A stretch of DNA of 64,000 nt. Source: a virus (taxonomy: Duplodnaviria > Caudoviricetes). Below, piece after piece: positions 44,198 through 54,390 of the stretch; position 1 is the first letter of the stretch, and every line of letters begins with the position of its first letter. Below the pieces are notes generated by a model. It was not told the DNA's origin. It was given only the letters and a program-made list of their open reading frames with translations, and did not search any database. The position numbers and the translations under genes are program-made. The stretch spans positions 181 through 64,180 of the IMG/VR virus record IMGVR_UViG_3300037784_000034; one strand, given 5' to 3'.

Positions 44198-45974
44198 GGA
44201 CGGGACAGCCGAGGAAGAGGTTGAATACCCGGATTATCCGACGATCGCCAAGCTCTATGCCGAGATGGTGGTTTCTGATGATATCCCCGCTTGCCGGTAT
44301 GTGAAACAGGCCTGCAAACGATATCTCGACATGCTTAAGGTAGCGGCCAAGCCGCGATCCGGGTTCTACTTCTCGGACGCCTGGTCCGTCGATGTCTGCG
44401 ACTTCTTCGACAAAATGGCGGTGCCGACTGGCGGACGGAAGGGCGACAAGCTGGTTGCCCAACCATGGCAGATCATGGGCTTCTGCCATATCTTTGGCTT
44501 TCGGAGGAATAACCCCGATTATCCCAACGAGATCGGCGCCCGCCTGGTGCGTGAGGTCTATTGGGAAGTCCCCCGCGGTTCCGGCAAATCTCCGACCGCT
44601 GCGGTGCTCGGTCTTTATTGCTGGCTGAATGAGGACGAGGTCGGTTCCCAGATATTTATTGGTGCCCCGAAGGAGGAACAGGCCAGATACGTCTTCGACC
44701 CGATGTCGGTGATGGTAAAAAACACACCGGAGCTGCAAGAGCACTACGGGATCGACGTCACCAAGAAACTGATGACCCGGCACAATGATGCTGCTGCCAA
44801 GGTTCGCATGATCTCCTCGATCGCTGATCGTGAGGATGGCGCCAACCCGCATGTCGTCATCATGGAAGAGCTTCACGCCCAGGACGAGGGCCTGTTCAAC
44901 GTAATGGACTCCTCGCTCGGAAAGCGGATCAACAACCTGTTCATCTCGATCACGACGGCCGGAAACAGGGCCCAAGGGGTCTGCTGGAATACGCGGAAGC
45001 GCCTGATCAACGTCCTCGCCGGCATCGCTGATGAACCATCATTCTTCGGTGTGATCTACACGCTGGATGACAACGAGATCAAAGACAAGCGCATCGCCCA
45101 CGATCCGAAGCGGTGGATCAAATGCAACCCGATGTGGGGTATCACGCTTTCGCCATCATCGCTGATGGAGCGTTTGGCAAAAGCGAAAACGCAGAGCGAG
45201 GCCGCAGTGCTCGAGTTCGAGCGCACCCGCCTCAATATCTGGTCCAACGGTGCCGGCGGGCTGATTTCCGACGAGAATTGGGCGGCATGCGAAGTCAAAG
45301 GGCTCGACATTCTCGACTTCCGCGGCGAAACGGCATTCATCGGCGCCGATCTGGGGTCCAAGAACGACCTGTCATCGATCGGCATTATCTTCGAACGCGA
45401 CGGCAAGCTCGCAATCTTCAATGAGCACTTCGTTCCATCGAAGTCGAAGTCATTCTTGCATGAGGAAATGGGGCCGCTTTACACCGGCTGGGTGAAGACC
45501 GGGCACCTCACGATGACCAACGGCCCGATCACCGATTACAACGTGATCGAAGACCGGATCCGGCTGTGGTGCTCACTTTTTGATGTCCGTTATATCGGCT
45601 TCGACAGTTACCAGTCCAACCAGATCCTTTCCAGTCTCTACAATGACGGCATTCCATGCGGTCAGGTGGCCGCGGGAGTGAAAACGGTATCCGATCCCAC
45701 AAAGGATCTCCTGGCTCGCATTGAGGGGGCACTCCTCGAGCACGATGGCAACCCGGTCACGCGCTGGATGGCGATGAACGTGTGCGGGTACTTCGACAAG
45801 CGCGGCAATGTCCTTGCCCAGAAGGATGACCAGCATTCGATCTACAAGATCGATGGCTTCGCAGCGCTGATCAACGCCAATGTCGCGCGCATGGACGCCA
45901 TGCTTGACGCACCGAAAAAATGGAAGTCGGTCTACGAAATTCGTGGCGGGCTAGCGGGTGAAGAGAATGAGTGA
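44085..45974 (+). CDS. terL: terminase large subunit
   Basis: PWQ, VPRGSGKS, EELH, ITTAG, GADLGSKNDL, KIDGFAALINA. Confidence 0.93.
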   Translation: MSTKTLSRGRRKKASLGKTVSRRDFDYLPRITLAVPSEDGTAEEEVEYPDYPTIAKLYAEMVVSDDIPACRYVKQACKRYLDMLKVAAKPRSGFYFSDAWSVDVCDFFDKMAVPTGGRKGDKLVAQPWQIMGFCHIFGFRRNNPDYPNEIGARLVREVYWEVPRGSGKSPTAAVLGLYCWLNEDEVGSQIFIGAPKEEQARYVFDPMSVMVKNTPELQEHYGIDVTKKLMTRHNDAAAKVRMISSIADREDGANPHVVIMEELHAQDEGLFNVMDSSLGKRINNLFISITTAGNRAQGVCWNTRKRLINVLAGIADEPSFFGVIYTLDDNEIKDKRIAHDPKRWIKCNPMWGITLSPSSLMERLAKAKTQSEAAVLEFERTRLNIWSNGAGGLISDENWAACEVKGLDILDFRGETAFIGADLGSKNDLSSIGIIFERDGKLAIFNEHFVPSKSKSFLHEEMGPLYTGWVKTGHLTMTNGPITDYNVIEDRIRLWCSLFDVRYIGFDSYQSNQILSSLYNDGIPCGQVAAGVKTVSDPTKDLLARIEGALLEHDGNPVTRWMAMNVCGYFDKRGNVLAQKDDQHSIYKIDGFAALINANVARMDAMLDAPKKWKSVYEIRGGLAGEENE

Positions 45975-47373
45975 GACCGCTAAAGCTCTGGAAGTTCTGC
46001 ACCAGACCATTCCCATGATGGCCAAGGCGACGACTGGCGTTGATCAGGTTTCGCCGATTGATGGATGGCTTGCTGATCTCTACGGCTACTACCCCTTTGG
46101 AGAAAACCGTCCGCTCCCTTTGGATGAAGCGGTCCAAATCTCGGGCGTTTTGATCTGCCTCGATGTACCGGCTCAGGACATCTCAAAAACGCCTCGGTAT
46201 CTGCGGAGAAAGCTGAAAGGCGGCGGCTCTGAGATCGTCGAACCTAGCGAGCACTGGCTCGCCAAGATGCTCGCGCTGGAGCCCAATCCTTGGCACACCT
46301 GGTCCGAATTCATCGAAATGATGGTGCTCCATCTCGGGGCGGTTCGGAACGCATTCGTAGCCAAGAAGATTTCCCGTGGCGGCAAGGTTGAGCAACTGAT
46401 CCCGGTACTCCCCGGACGGGTCCGCATCTTTGTCGATGAGGCTCAGCAGCAATACAGTTACGAAGTTGAGAGGCTGACACCCAACGAGCGGATGATGCTC
46501 GCGAAGTTTCAGGACACTTTGCTCCAAGACGAGCTGATCCATTTCCGCGGGCGTATGTTTGACGGGCTGTTCGGGTTCTCGAATCTGGATGCAGGATCCA
46601 AGGTCATGGGCTTCTCGAAAGCCCTGATGGATTATCAGACCCGGCTGTACAAGAACGATGGATCGGTCCGCGGTGTTTTCCAGATGCCAAAGGAGCAGAC
46701 CGAGCCTTTGCCGGAGCCGGTGTTTAAGCGCTTGAAAGAGCAGCTTGCAAACCGTTGGCAGGCATCACGCGAAGCCGGCGTTCCGATCGTTCTCGAGCAA
46801 GGCATGCAGTTCGCTTCGGTCGCCATGAATGCTGATCAGGCTGAAGTCGCGAAAAACAGGGACAAGGCCGTCGAGGATATCGCCCGCATCTTCCGGATCC
46901 CGCCGCACAAGATGATGCACATCGTCAACGTGAAGTACGAGAACATGGAGACGCTGGAGAAATCCTACGTCCAGGACACGCTGATTCCGATCTGCAAGAT
47001 CATTGAAGAGCGCCTGACACGGTCTCTCCTGAACCCCGATGAGCGGCTGGAATATTTTGTCGAGTTCGATCGCGACGCGATGCAGCTTACCGACGTCGAG
47101 AAGCAGGCGAAGATGATCGAAACCATGATGGATCGCGGCGCGATGACGATCGATCAGGCGATGATGCGCCGCGGCATGAACCCTCTCCCGAATGGCGCCG
47201 GCAACGTCCGGCTGATCCCGCAGGGTTACCACCTCGTCGACGCCAACAACAACATCATCATCCAAGCCGGCCAACCCACCAAGGAAGAGCCGGCCGACGA
47301 AAACCCGGAAGAACCGACCGAAGATGAAGACAAATCCATCGGGCCGTTCCCAGAATTGAGGGCAGTGAAATGA
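45967..47373 (+). CDS. HK97-family portal protein
   Basis: LEPNPW, IHFRG, VLEQGM, IARIFRIPP. Confidence 0.92.
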   Translation: MSETAKALEVLHQTIPMMAKATTGVDQVSPIDGWLADLYGYYPFGENRPLPLDEAVQISGVLICLDVPAQDISKTPRYLRRKLKGGGSEIVEPSEHWLAKMLALEPNPWHTWSEFIEMMVLHLGAVRNAFVAKKISRGGKVEQLIPVLPGRVRIFVDEAQQQYSYEVERLTPNERMMLAKFQDTLLQDELIHFRGRMFDGLFGFSNLDAGSKVMGFSKALMDYQTRLYKNDGSVRGVFQMPKEQTEPLPEPVFKRLKEQLANRWQASREAGVPIVLEQGMQFASVAMNADQAEVAKNRDKAVEDIARIFRIPPHKMMHIVNVKYENMETLEKSYVQDTLIPICKIIEERLTRSLLNPDERLEYFVEFDRDAMQLTDVEKQAKMIETMMDRGAMTIDQAMMRRGMNPLPNGAGNVRLIPQGYHLVDANNNIIIQAGQPTKEEPADENPEEPTEDEDKSIGPFPELRAVK

Positions 47374-48347
47374 CCAAGCGCGTTTCCATTGACGAGATCG
47401 TCGCAAAGCGCCGTGCCTCTGCGGATGACACCGGCAAACTTTTCAAGGCGGTCATTCTCGACGAGGCCGAGGAGAAAGCGGGGTATGACCCTGACAAGCG
47501 CGCCCAGCGGTTCATCATGTCGAGCGAGCGCGTGGACCTGTATGGCGACGTTGTTCGGCAGGAAGGCATCAAGCTTGACGACTTTCTGAAGAATCCTGTG
47601 GCGCTGGCATACCATAAACATTCGGCGCCGATCGGCTGGTGGAAGGACGTCACCAAGATCAACGGGCGCCCCAAGCGCACAGAAGGAGTTCTCACCCTTC
47701 ACGCGGCAGGCACCACGGAAAGTGTCGACGAGATCGACCGTCTTCTGACGGCATCGGCCATCAAGGCGTGTTCGATTGGGTTCATGCCGATCGATGCAGA
47801 ATGGATCGTTGATGATGAAGGCCGCAACACCTGGGGCCTCGACTTCATCGAATCCTCTATGTTGGAATGCTCGGTTTGCTCGGTTCCGGCGAACCCGGAC
47901 GCGCTGGCCAAGGCAGCCGGCGGCGATATGCGATTGGCAGCCGAGATGTTCGAGCGCTTCCTCGATACCTACTGCGAGAAAACCGCCGGCGGGATCGTAG
48001 TGCGTAAGGATTTCGAGGACGCATACCTCAGGATGAAGGAACCGAAGACGATCGTGGAAACCTCGACGCCGGAAGACACCGCACGCACAGTTATCACGCT
48101 CGAACTCGACACCACCGAAGCGGAGCGCCAGGCAGAGACGTTCCTGGCCAAATGGTCGAAGAAGTTCGGCGAGATTTTCAAGGCCCCGATCGAGGAAGAC
48201 CCCGTCATCGAGCCAAAGGCTGAGCCGGTTCTCGAGATCGAGCCTGAGCCGCAAGCACCGGCACTGATCGCCGGCTCCCGCCAGAAGGCGCTTCTTGCCT
48301 CAACCCGTATCAAGCAGTCGCTGCGAGAGCGCGGCATGCTGGACTGA
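47370..48347 (+). CDS. HK97-family prohead protease
   Basis: VDLYGD, LAYHKH, CSIGF, LECSVCSVPANPDA. Confidence 0.88.
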   Translation: MTKRVSIDEIVAKRRASADDTGKLFKAVILDEAEEKAGYDPDKRAQRFIMSSERVDLYGDVVRQEGIKLDDFLKNPVALAYHKHSAPIGWWKDVTKINGRPKRTEGVLTLHAAGTTESVDEIDRLLTASAIKACSIGFMPIDAEWIVDDEGRNTWGLDFIESSMLECSVCSVPANPDALAKAAGGDMRLAAEMFERFLDTYCEKTAGGIVVRKDFEDAYLRMKEPKTIVETSTPEDTARTVITLELDTTEAERQAETFLAKWSKKFGEIFKAPIEEDPVIEPKAEPVLEIEPEPQAPALIAGSRQKALLASTRIKQSLRERGMLD

Positions 48348-48433
48348 TCCCAGCACGGGATGCCCTCCGGGGCGAAGTTGCGGGCGCCATGTGGCGCCTT
48401 TTCTTTTTCCACCAGTCTTCGAAAGGAAACACC

Positions 48434-49771
48434 ATGAAGACGCTTGAACAGCTTCGCGCCGAGCTGACCAAAGCCCTCGGCGCGCTTGACACCTTCGAAA
48501 AGGGAATCAAGGGCGATGACGGCAACCCGCGCGACATGACGGAAGCCGAGTTTGATGAGCACGCAAAGCTCATTGATGTCGTTGAGGCGGCGGTCAAGGC
48601 CGTTGATGCCCGTGAAAAGTCGGATCGTATCCGCGCCACGTTTGGTGCCCCCGCGGACGGCGAGCAGGGCCGCGTCCCGGCATCCCCGAAGGCTGACCCG
48701 GAGCAGTTCCGCTCCTTCGGTGAGTTCCTGACCGCCGTTGCTCAGGACGGAATGAACAAGGGCGACATCAGTTCCCGCGACAAGCGCCTGAAGTGGGAAA
48801 TGATCAAGGCGGCCGGCGCCAACGAAGCAGTGCCTTCTGAAGGTGGCTTCCTGGTGCAGACCGACCACTCGACCGAACTTCTCGGCATGATGCACGAGAT
48901 GGGCGATATCATGAGCCGTGTCCGCGACATCCCGATTTCGAGCAATTCGAACGGGATCTCCCTCCCGGCGATCGACCAGACCTCGCGCGCAACCGGCTCC
49001 CGCTTTGGCGGCGTTCGCACCTATTGGGCGAATGAAGGCGACACGGTGAACGCTTCGAAGCCGAAGCTCCGCTCGATCGAACTCAAGCTGAACAAGCTGA
49101 TGGGCATCGGTTACATGACCGAGGAACTTCTCGCCGACGCCGGCGCGATGGAAGCGATCATGAAGACCGCGTTCGCTGAGGAATTGACGTTCACCACGGA
49201 AGACGCCTTCGTCAATGGGGACGGCTCCGGCAAGCCGCTGGGTTTCCTGAACTCCGGCGCTCTGGTGACTGTGCCTGCTGTGTCGGGACAGGCCTCCGGG
49301 TCAATCGTGACAGCCAACGTGCTGAATATGTGGGACCGGATCCCGACGCGTTCGCGCCGCAACGCGGTGTGGCTTGTCGCCGACAGCCAGGTCGAAACGC
49401 AGCTTCAGTCGCTGGTTCTGGGCTCCGGAACTGCGGTGACCCAACTCTACAAGGTGCCGGGGACGAACCCTGCCACGCCGGCGAACGCTGTGTTTGGCAC
49501 CTTGCTTGGTCGCCCGGTTATCCCGGTCGAGTACATGGCTCAGCTCGGCACGCCCGGCGACATCGCGCTTGTCGATCTCAGCCAGTACCTGAAAGCCGAC
49601 AAGGGTGGCATGAAGCAGTCGCAGTCGATCCACGTCCGCTTCCTGCAGGACGAGATGACCTTCAAGGTCACCTACCGCGTCGACGGCCAGCCCGCTTGGC
49701 ACTCCCCGCTCACCCCTGCCAATGGTTCGCTGGCGACCAAGTCGCCCTTCGTCGCCCTGGCAGCGCGCTAA
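48434..49771 (+). CDS. major capsid protein (HK97 fold)
   Basis: Coiled-coil delta domain, EGGFLV, FVNGDGSGKPLG, LLGRPV, RVDG. Confidence 0.93.
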   Translation: MKTLEQLRAELTKALGALDTFEKGIKGDDGNPRDMTEAEFDEHAKLIDVVEAAVKAVDAREKSDRIRATFGAPADGEQGRVPASPKADPEQFRSFGEFLTAVAQDGMNKGDISSRDKRLKWEMIKAAGANEAVPSEGGFLVQTDHSTELLGMMHEMGDIMSRVRDIPISSNSNGISLPAIDQTSRATGSRFGGVRTYWANEGDTVNASKPKLRSIELKLNKLMGIGYMTEELLADAGAMEAIMKTAFAEELTFTTEDAFVNGDGSGKPLGFLNSGALVTVPAVSGQASGSIVTANVLNMWDRIPTRSRRNAVWLVADSQVETQLQSLVLGSGTAVTQLYKVPGTNPATPANAVFGTLLGRPVIPVEYMAQLGTPGDIALVDLSQYLKADKGGMKQSQSIHVRFLQDEMTFKVTYRVDGQPAWHSPLTPANGSLATKSPFVALAAR

Positions 49772-49840
49772 CCGGCGCAAGTCGAGGCAGGACACGCTGC
49801 CTCGACATCTCCATTTTCACACCATGAAAGGATACGAGCC

Positions 49841-50311
49841 ATGAAAGGCATCGTTCTTGCGGAGCAGGGCCACATCGTGAACGCCCTTGCCCCCGTTGAC
49901 ATCACTGGAGGCGCGCAGACCGATCGCGTCAAGATGAGCAACGCTGGCCATCTGACGGCCATCGTGAAGATTGGCGTTTCGGCTGCGGCCTTCACCAAGA
50001 TCCTGGTGAACGCATCGGAAGATGCGGCCGGAAGTAACTCGGAAGCGATTCCGTTTCGCATGGCGAAGGAAGAGACCGCTGGCGGCGACACTCTTTCGGG
50101 CTTCGAAGATGTGCTGGCGGCCGGTTACAGCCCGTCGGCGAACGACGGCATCTTCTACGTCATCGAACTCGACGCCTCCGAACTGCCCGACGGCAAGCCC
50201 TGGGTTGATGTCCAACTCACCAACGGCACCAACTCGGTGCTTGCGGATGTGACATTCATCCTCACCGGCTACCGCTATCAGGGTTCCCAGAACCAGACCG
50301 CGATCGCCTGA
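49841..50311 (+). CDS. putative head decoration/structural protein
   Basis: Directly after capsid with strong RBS. Confidence 0.55.
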   Translation: MKGIVLAEQGHIVNALAPVDITGGAQTDRVKMSNAGHLTAIVKIGVSAAAFTKILVNASEDAAGSNSEAIPFRMAKEETAGGDTLSGFEDVLAAGYSPSANDGIFYVIELDASELPDGKPWVDVQLTNGTNSVLADVTFILTGYRYQGSQNQTAIA

Positions 50312-50327
50312 TCTCTGGTTACCATTC

Positions 50328-50352
50328 GAGGCCGGTCACGCCGGCCGGCCTC
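50328..50352 (+). terminator. hairpin/terminator after head genes
   Basis: GAGGCCGG..CCGGCCTC inverted repeat. Confidence 0.45.
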
Positions 50353-50375
50353 TCAACAACCTTGCGGAGATTGCC

Positions 50376-50774
50376 ATGTTGGTTCGTCAGTTGGTCGGCC
50401 GTTTTGCCGGACAAATCGTCGATATGCCGTTTCACGTCGCCACGGCGTGCCTTGCAAACGGAACCGCCGAACATCCGGATGCACCTGTTCGTGTTCGTGG
50501 TCTGAACGCTGAAGGTGCTCCGTCCACGGAGGGTCGCGCCGCTGCGAACATCGGTGCAAACCGTATGATGGAGGGGTATCCCACGAGGAGCGGTTCACTT
50601 CAGCTTCGCCCGGGCGATGACACTCCGGAGGCGGCCAATGAAGGCGCCACAGCAGATGCAGAAGACCCGCTTCAAGCTCTGCGTGCCGAGTATCAGGAAT
50701 TGAGCGGCGAGGCGGCCGATGGTCGCTGGGGCGAGCCTCGACTGCGCGCAGAGATCAACAAGATCCGCGGCTGA
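50376..50774 (+). CDS. hypothetical protein with C-terminal HeH-like motif
   Basis: LRAEYQELSG..DGRWG..RLRAEI. Confidence 0.6.
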   Translation: MLVRQLVGRFAGQIVDMPFHVATACLANGTAEHPDAPVRVRGLNAEGAPSTEGRAAANIGANRMMEGYPTRSGSLQLRPGDDTPEAANEGATADAEDPLQALRAEYQELSGEAADGRWGEPRLRAEINKIRG

Positions 50775-50776
50775 CG

Positions 50777-51394
50777 ATGTCGCGGTTTCGCGCCGATCGT
50801 CTATGGACCGGCATGACCGGTATCGTCATCGGGGGCGGCCCCTCACTTACACTGCAGCAGATCCAGACGATCGCGAAAGCGAAACTGTCGGGGAGCGCCA
50901 AGGTTGTCGCGGTCAATAATGCGGTTTTCGTCGCCTGGTGGGCTGACTGGTTGCATGGCTGCGACTTCACATGGTGGCGCGAGCACATCCAAGATGCACA
51001 GCATTTCCCGGGCATTAAAACGACGCTCGATCCGATGGTTCCAGACGTCTGGCGAGTTGGGTTCCTGAACAATACCGGGAAGAACGGGTTCGATCCCGAC
51101 CCCGGCAACTGCAGGACCGGTGGAAACGGCGTTTATCAGGCCATGCACTGCCTTATTCACTGCGACATCAGCCGAATTATTCTGGTCGGGGTCGATATGA
51201 AACGGGACGGTGCCAGAACACATTGGCATGGCGGCCATGGCAGCGCCGATGTTGATTATGCAAACGTCATGGCGCCTTGTTTCGAAACGTTGAAGCCTGC
51301 GCTTGTTGAACGCGGAATTGATGTCTTCAATGCCTCGCCCAACTCGGCGCTGGAGGCATTCCCAAAAGTCTCTCTTGAGAAGGCGCTGTCATGA
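50777..51394 (+). CDS. glycosyltransferase-like protein (Maf/MptE/GT42-like fold)
   Basis: IVIGGGPSL, VVAVNN, GGNGVYQA, RIILVGVDM. Confidence 0.65.
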   Translation: MSRFRADRLWTGMTGIVIGGGPSLTLQQIQTIAKAKLSGSAKVVAVNNAVFVAWWADWLHGCDFTWWREHIQDAQHFPGIKTTLDPMVPDVWRVGFLNNTGKNGFDPDPGNCRTGGNGVYQAMHCLIHCDISRIILVGVDMKRDGARTHWHGGHGSADVDYANVMAPCFETLKPALVERGIDVFNASPNSALEAFPKVSLEKALS

Positions 51395-52032
51395 TCCGTG
51401 CAAGCGAAATGAGACTGGCGCAAACTGCGGCGACGCCGGCAGACAAGGCCGAGATCCTGAATATTCTCAGCGTTGCGGAACTGAAGCGCGAGGTACGACG
51501 TACTGACGCTTCCGAGGATGATAAATTCGAGGATGCTATTTACGACGCCTACTACCGGCTTGATGGCCCGTTGGGCTGGTTGAATCGGGCTATCCTCGAG
51601 CAGCAATGGGTTGGCGTCATCGACGGGTTCGATGATGTGATCGAGATCCCGTTGCCGCCACTGGTTACGGTGGATCAGATCAGATACCGGGACACCTCCG
51701 GTGCTTGGCAGGTTCTGTCGACAGACACCTACACCGTCTCGACTTACGGGCTGGTTGGGTCTGTGCAGAAAGTCGACCGCAATGGTTGGCCGGAGGTCGA
51801 CAAGAACGCTGATCCCGTAGAGATCACCTTCACATGCGGTTTCGGCAGCGGCGCGGACGTCGTGGCCAATTTCCAGGGCTTCAGGCGGGCGCTCAAGCTT
51901 TTGGCCGGCCACTATTTCCATACCCCGCTTCCGACATTCTCAGAGCCGCGTGTTCTCGAGGTTCCCCGCAAAGTTCAATACGCCTTGGATTTTGCCATCC
52001 GGCAACTTGGCATCGTGAATGACCACTCATGA
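51391..52032 (+). CDS. head-tail connector (gp6-like)
   Basis: LSVAELKREVR, IPLPP, ALKLLAGHYF. Confidence 0.85.
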   Translation: MIRASEMRLAQTAATPADKAEILNILSVAELKREVRRTDASEDDKFEDAIYDAYYRLDGPLGWLNRAILEQQWVGVIDGFDDVIEIPLPPLVTVDQIRYRDTSGAWQVLSTDTYTVSTYGLVGSVQKVDRNGWPEVDKNADPVEITFTCGFGSGADVVANFQGFRRALKLLAGHYFHTPLPTFSEPRVLEVPRKVQYALDFAIRQLGIVNDHS

Positions 52033-52445
52033 TCACTGCACGGCTGCGAAACAACCTGGTTCTCATCCAGAAGAAGGCTGAGGTGTCCGGGGCATGGAAC
52101 CCGGTCGTTTCATGGATTGAACACGCCAAGGTTTGGGTGTCGATCGACCCTCAGCGCGGCAGGGAGGTTTTCGCCTCCAACGAGACCGAAAGCGTTGTCA
52201 GCCATGCGATCCGTGGAGACTTCATGGAACTCTCCGGCGTCGATGAAACGATGCGGATCATCCACGCGTCGGACATGAGTTATGTCTACGCGGGATCCCC
52301 GCCGGAATGGACGATCAGAAGCGATGCCAGGGTGTTCAACATCCTCGCGGTGATGCCCGATTTTGAGCGCCGCGGCGACATCATGATTTCGGCGGCCGAG
52401 GACTCTCGGCGGTACGGAAATATCGGAGAGAATGTTCCCCAATGA
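52029..52445 (+). CDS. head closure protein (SPP1 gp16-like)
   Basis: RLR..VLIQ, VWVSI..RGRE, FNILAV. Confidence 0.8.
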   Translation: MITARLRNNLVLIQKKAEVSGAWNPVVSWIEHAKVWVSIDPQRGREVFASNETESVVSHAIRGDFMELSGVDETMRIIHASDMSYVYAGSPPEWTIRSDARVFNILAVMPDFERRGDIMISAAEDSRRYGNIGENVPQ

Positions 52446-52975
52446 ACGGATTTATCCATCATCTCGCTCATGTCGATCCTTGGGCGCGTGTCGACGATAC
52501 TGTCGTCATTGGCGCCGGATGCAAGGTCTGGCAATTTGCTTCAGTGATCCGCGGCACAGTTCTGGGTATCGACTGCACCGTAGCTGCGACGGCAGTGCTT
52601 GACGGTCCTGCACTTGGCGATCGCTGCATCGTCTCTCCCGGGGTCGACATTGGCCCGGGGTTTGAGATTGGGGACGACGTCTTCCTTGGGCCCCATGTCG
52701 TTCTCTGCAACGACTACTGGCCGCGCACACACAAGCGCGGCTTCGACTATGAGGCGCTGCGCAGCGGTAAGGTGGTCTCAGTCCGAGTTCACAGTGGCGC
52801 ATCCATCGGGGCCGGCGCCAAGATCATGCCTGGCGTGACGATCGGCATGGGCGCCATGATCGCTTCCAATGCCGTGGTCAAGGAAAATGTGCCGGCAAAA
52901 TGCCTATGGACCCGGGATGGCGACGTCCGCGCGATCCGGGACGAAGACATGATCCAGAGGGTGCGCGCATGCTGA
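52442..52975 (+). CDS. hexapeptide-repeat (LbetaH) sugar N-acetyltransferase
   Basis: VVIGAGCKVWQFA, IGDDVFLGP..LCND..PR, ASIGAGAKIMPGVTIG. Confidence 0.88.
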   Translation: MNGFIHHLAHVDPWARVDDTVVIGAGCKVWQFASVIRGTVLGIDCTVAATAVLDGPALGDRCIVSPGVDIGPGFEIGDDVFLGPHVVLCNDYWPRTHKRGFDYEALRSGKVVSVRVHSGASIGAGAKIMPGVTIGMGAMIASNAVVKENVPAKCLWTRDGDVRAIRDEDMIQRVRAC

Positions 52976-53205
52976 AGAAATACTCGATCGACGAAATCGA
53001 ACAGATGCGCGATGCGATCCTCTCGATTGAATCCATCAAACAGGCGAGAGACGGCTGGATTACTGGCTGCACGCCCGCGGCGATAGAGGAAAAAGTCAGA
53101 ACCCACATGATGAATGGGACAGATGTTTCCGATTTGAAGAAATACGCTGATGAACTCGGCAAGAAGTTCGATCAAGAGCGGCTGAAGGCAGCTCGGGGAT
53201 GCTGA
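52969..53205 (+). CDS. hypothetical protein
   Basis: 78-aa coupled ORF. Confidence 0.6.
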   Translation: MLKKYSIDEIEQMRDAILSIESIKQARDGWITGCTPAAIEEKVRTHMMNGTDVSDLKKYADELGKKFDQERLKAARGC

Positions 53206-53816
53206 CTGTCGCATCTCTTTTCTGGACCGCCAACAGGCACTCCCAAGCGTTTTCGACGATGTATGACGAAACCTGGGTGGAAAAGCTCTATCGTGGTTTT
53301 TTCCGCAATCTGACTGAGCCCTTCCGGTTTGTCCTCTACACCGATCGAGAGCGGGTCTATTCGGAGCCTGTGGAGCAGGTTGTTCAACCCGATCTTGGGC
53401 AGGGCGGTTACGGAGATTGCATCCGGCCTTATGCGCTTGGTGAACCCATGATTCTGGTTGGGCTGGATACGGTGGTGACAGGGAACTGTGATCATCTCGC
53501 CAAGTATTGCCTTGAGCAAGAGGTTTTGGCGCTGCCTCGCGACCCGTACCGCCCACAGATCGCATGCAACGGAGTCGCGTTGGTGCCGCGTGATCACGAG
53601 GAAATCGGAATAACGCATCGGGGTGAGAACGATATGGAATGGTGCCGTTCTTTCCATCACACCTTTATCGACGACCTCTGGCCCGGGCATGTGGTTTCGT
53701 TCAAGGGGCATGTGAAAAAGCACGGCCTCGGCGATGCCCGGATTGTCTACATGCATGGGCAGGAGAAAGCGCACCAGTTGCAGGGGGCCGATTGGGTTGC
53801 TGAGCACTGGCGGTAG
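53199..53816 (+). CDS. GT-A fold (GT8-like) glycosyltransferase
   Basis: YDETWVEKL..RNL..FVLYTD, GLDTVVTGNCD, VYMHGQEKAH. Confidence 0.7.
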   Translation: MLTVASLFWTANRHSQAFSTMYDETWVEKLYRGFFRNLTEPFRFVLYTDRERVYSEPVEQVVQPDLGQGGYGDCIRPYALGEPMILVGLDTVVTGNCDHLAKYCLEQEVLALPRDPYRPQIACNGVALVPRDHEEIGITHRGENDMEWCRSFHHTFIDDLWPGHVVSFKGHVKKHGLGDARIVYMHGQEKAHQLQGADWVAEHWR

Positions 53817-54390
53817 GCTGGCGCTGGCGCTGGGGAGCGCGAAGTGCGTCCTGGATGATGTTGCAAGGTTCGCTGAGATCGCCAACGCCGACGGAGCGGT
53901 TGCCTGCAACGAAATGATCGCGCGATGGCCGGGGAGGCTGGACGCCGCGGTAACGCTGCATCCGGAAAAAATGTCGAACTGGCTGGCCACTCGGCAATGT
54001 GCCGGTTTCCCGGCCCCTGACCGCATCGTGATCAGTGACCGATACAAGGATTGGTTCCGCCATGCTGGGATCGGTAGTGGTCTCGGGTTTGCCCCAGACA
54101 TCGTGACTGAAGCAAAAGTGCCCGGACAACGGAATGCAGGCTCCTCCGGCCTTTTCGTGGTGAAGGTGGCATTGATTGACCTCGGCTTTGATCGCGTTGT
54201 CTGCTGCGGAATACCGATGACGCTGATGGGTCATGTCGATGATCCTTTGACACCCTGGAATGGTGCGCCACGGCATCAAGGTGGGTGGTTTGAGGCTCGT
54301 TCGTTCCTGAAGGGGAAGGCGCGCTCGATGAGTGGATGGACGGGCGAACTCCTTGGGGCCCCGGACCGGAAGTGGGTCAGTGGGCAATGA
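53797..54390 (+). CDS. second Maf/GT42-like glycosyltransferase-like protein
   Basis: TTG start; LALGSA, VACNE, GSSGLF, GFDRVVCCGIPM. Confidence 0.55.
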   Translation: MLSTGGRLALALGSAKCVLDDVARFAEIANADGAVACNEMIARWPGRLDAAVTLHPEKMSNWLATRQCAGFPAPDRIVISDRYKDWFRHAGIGSGLGFAPDIVTEAKVPGQRNAGSSGLFVVKVALIDLGFDRVVCCGIPMTLMGHVDDPLTPWNGAPRHQGGWFEARSFLKGKARSMSGWTGELLGAPDRKWVSGQ

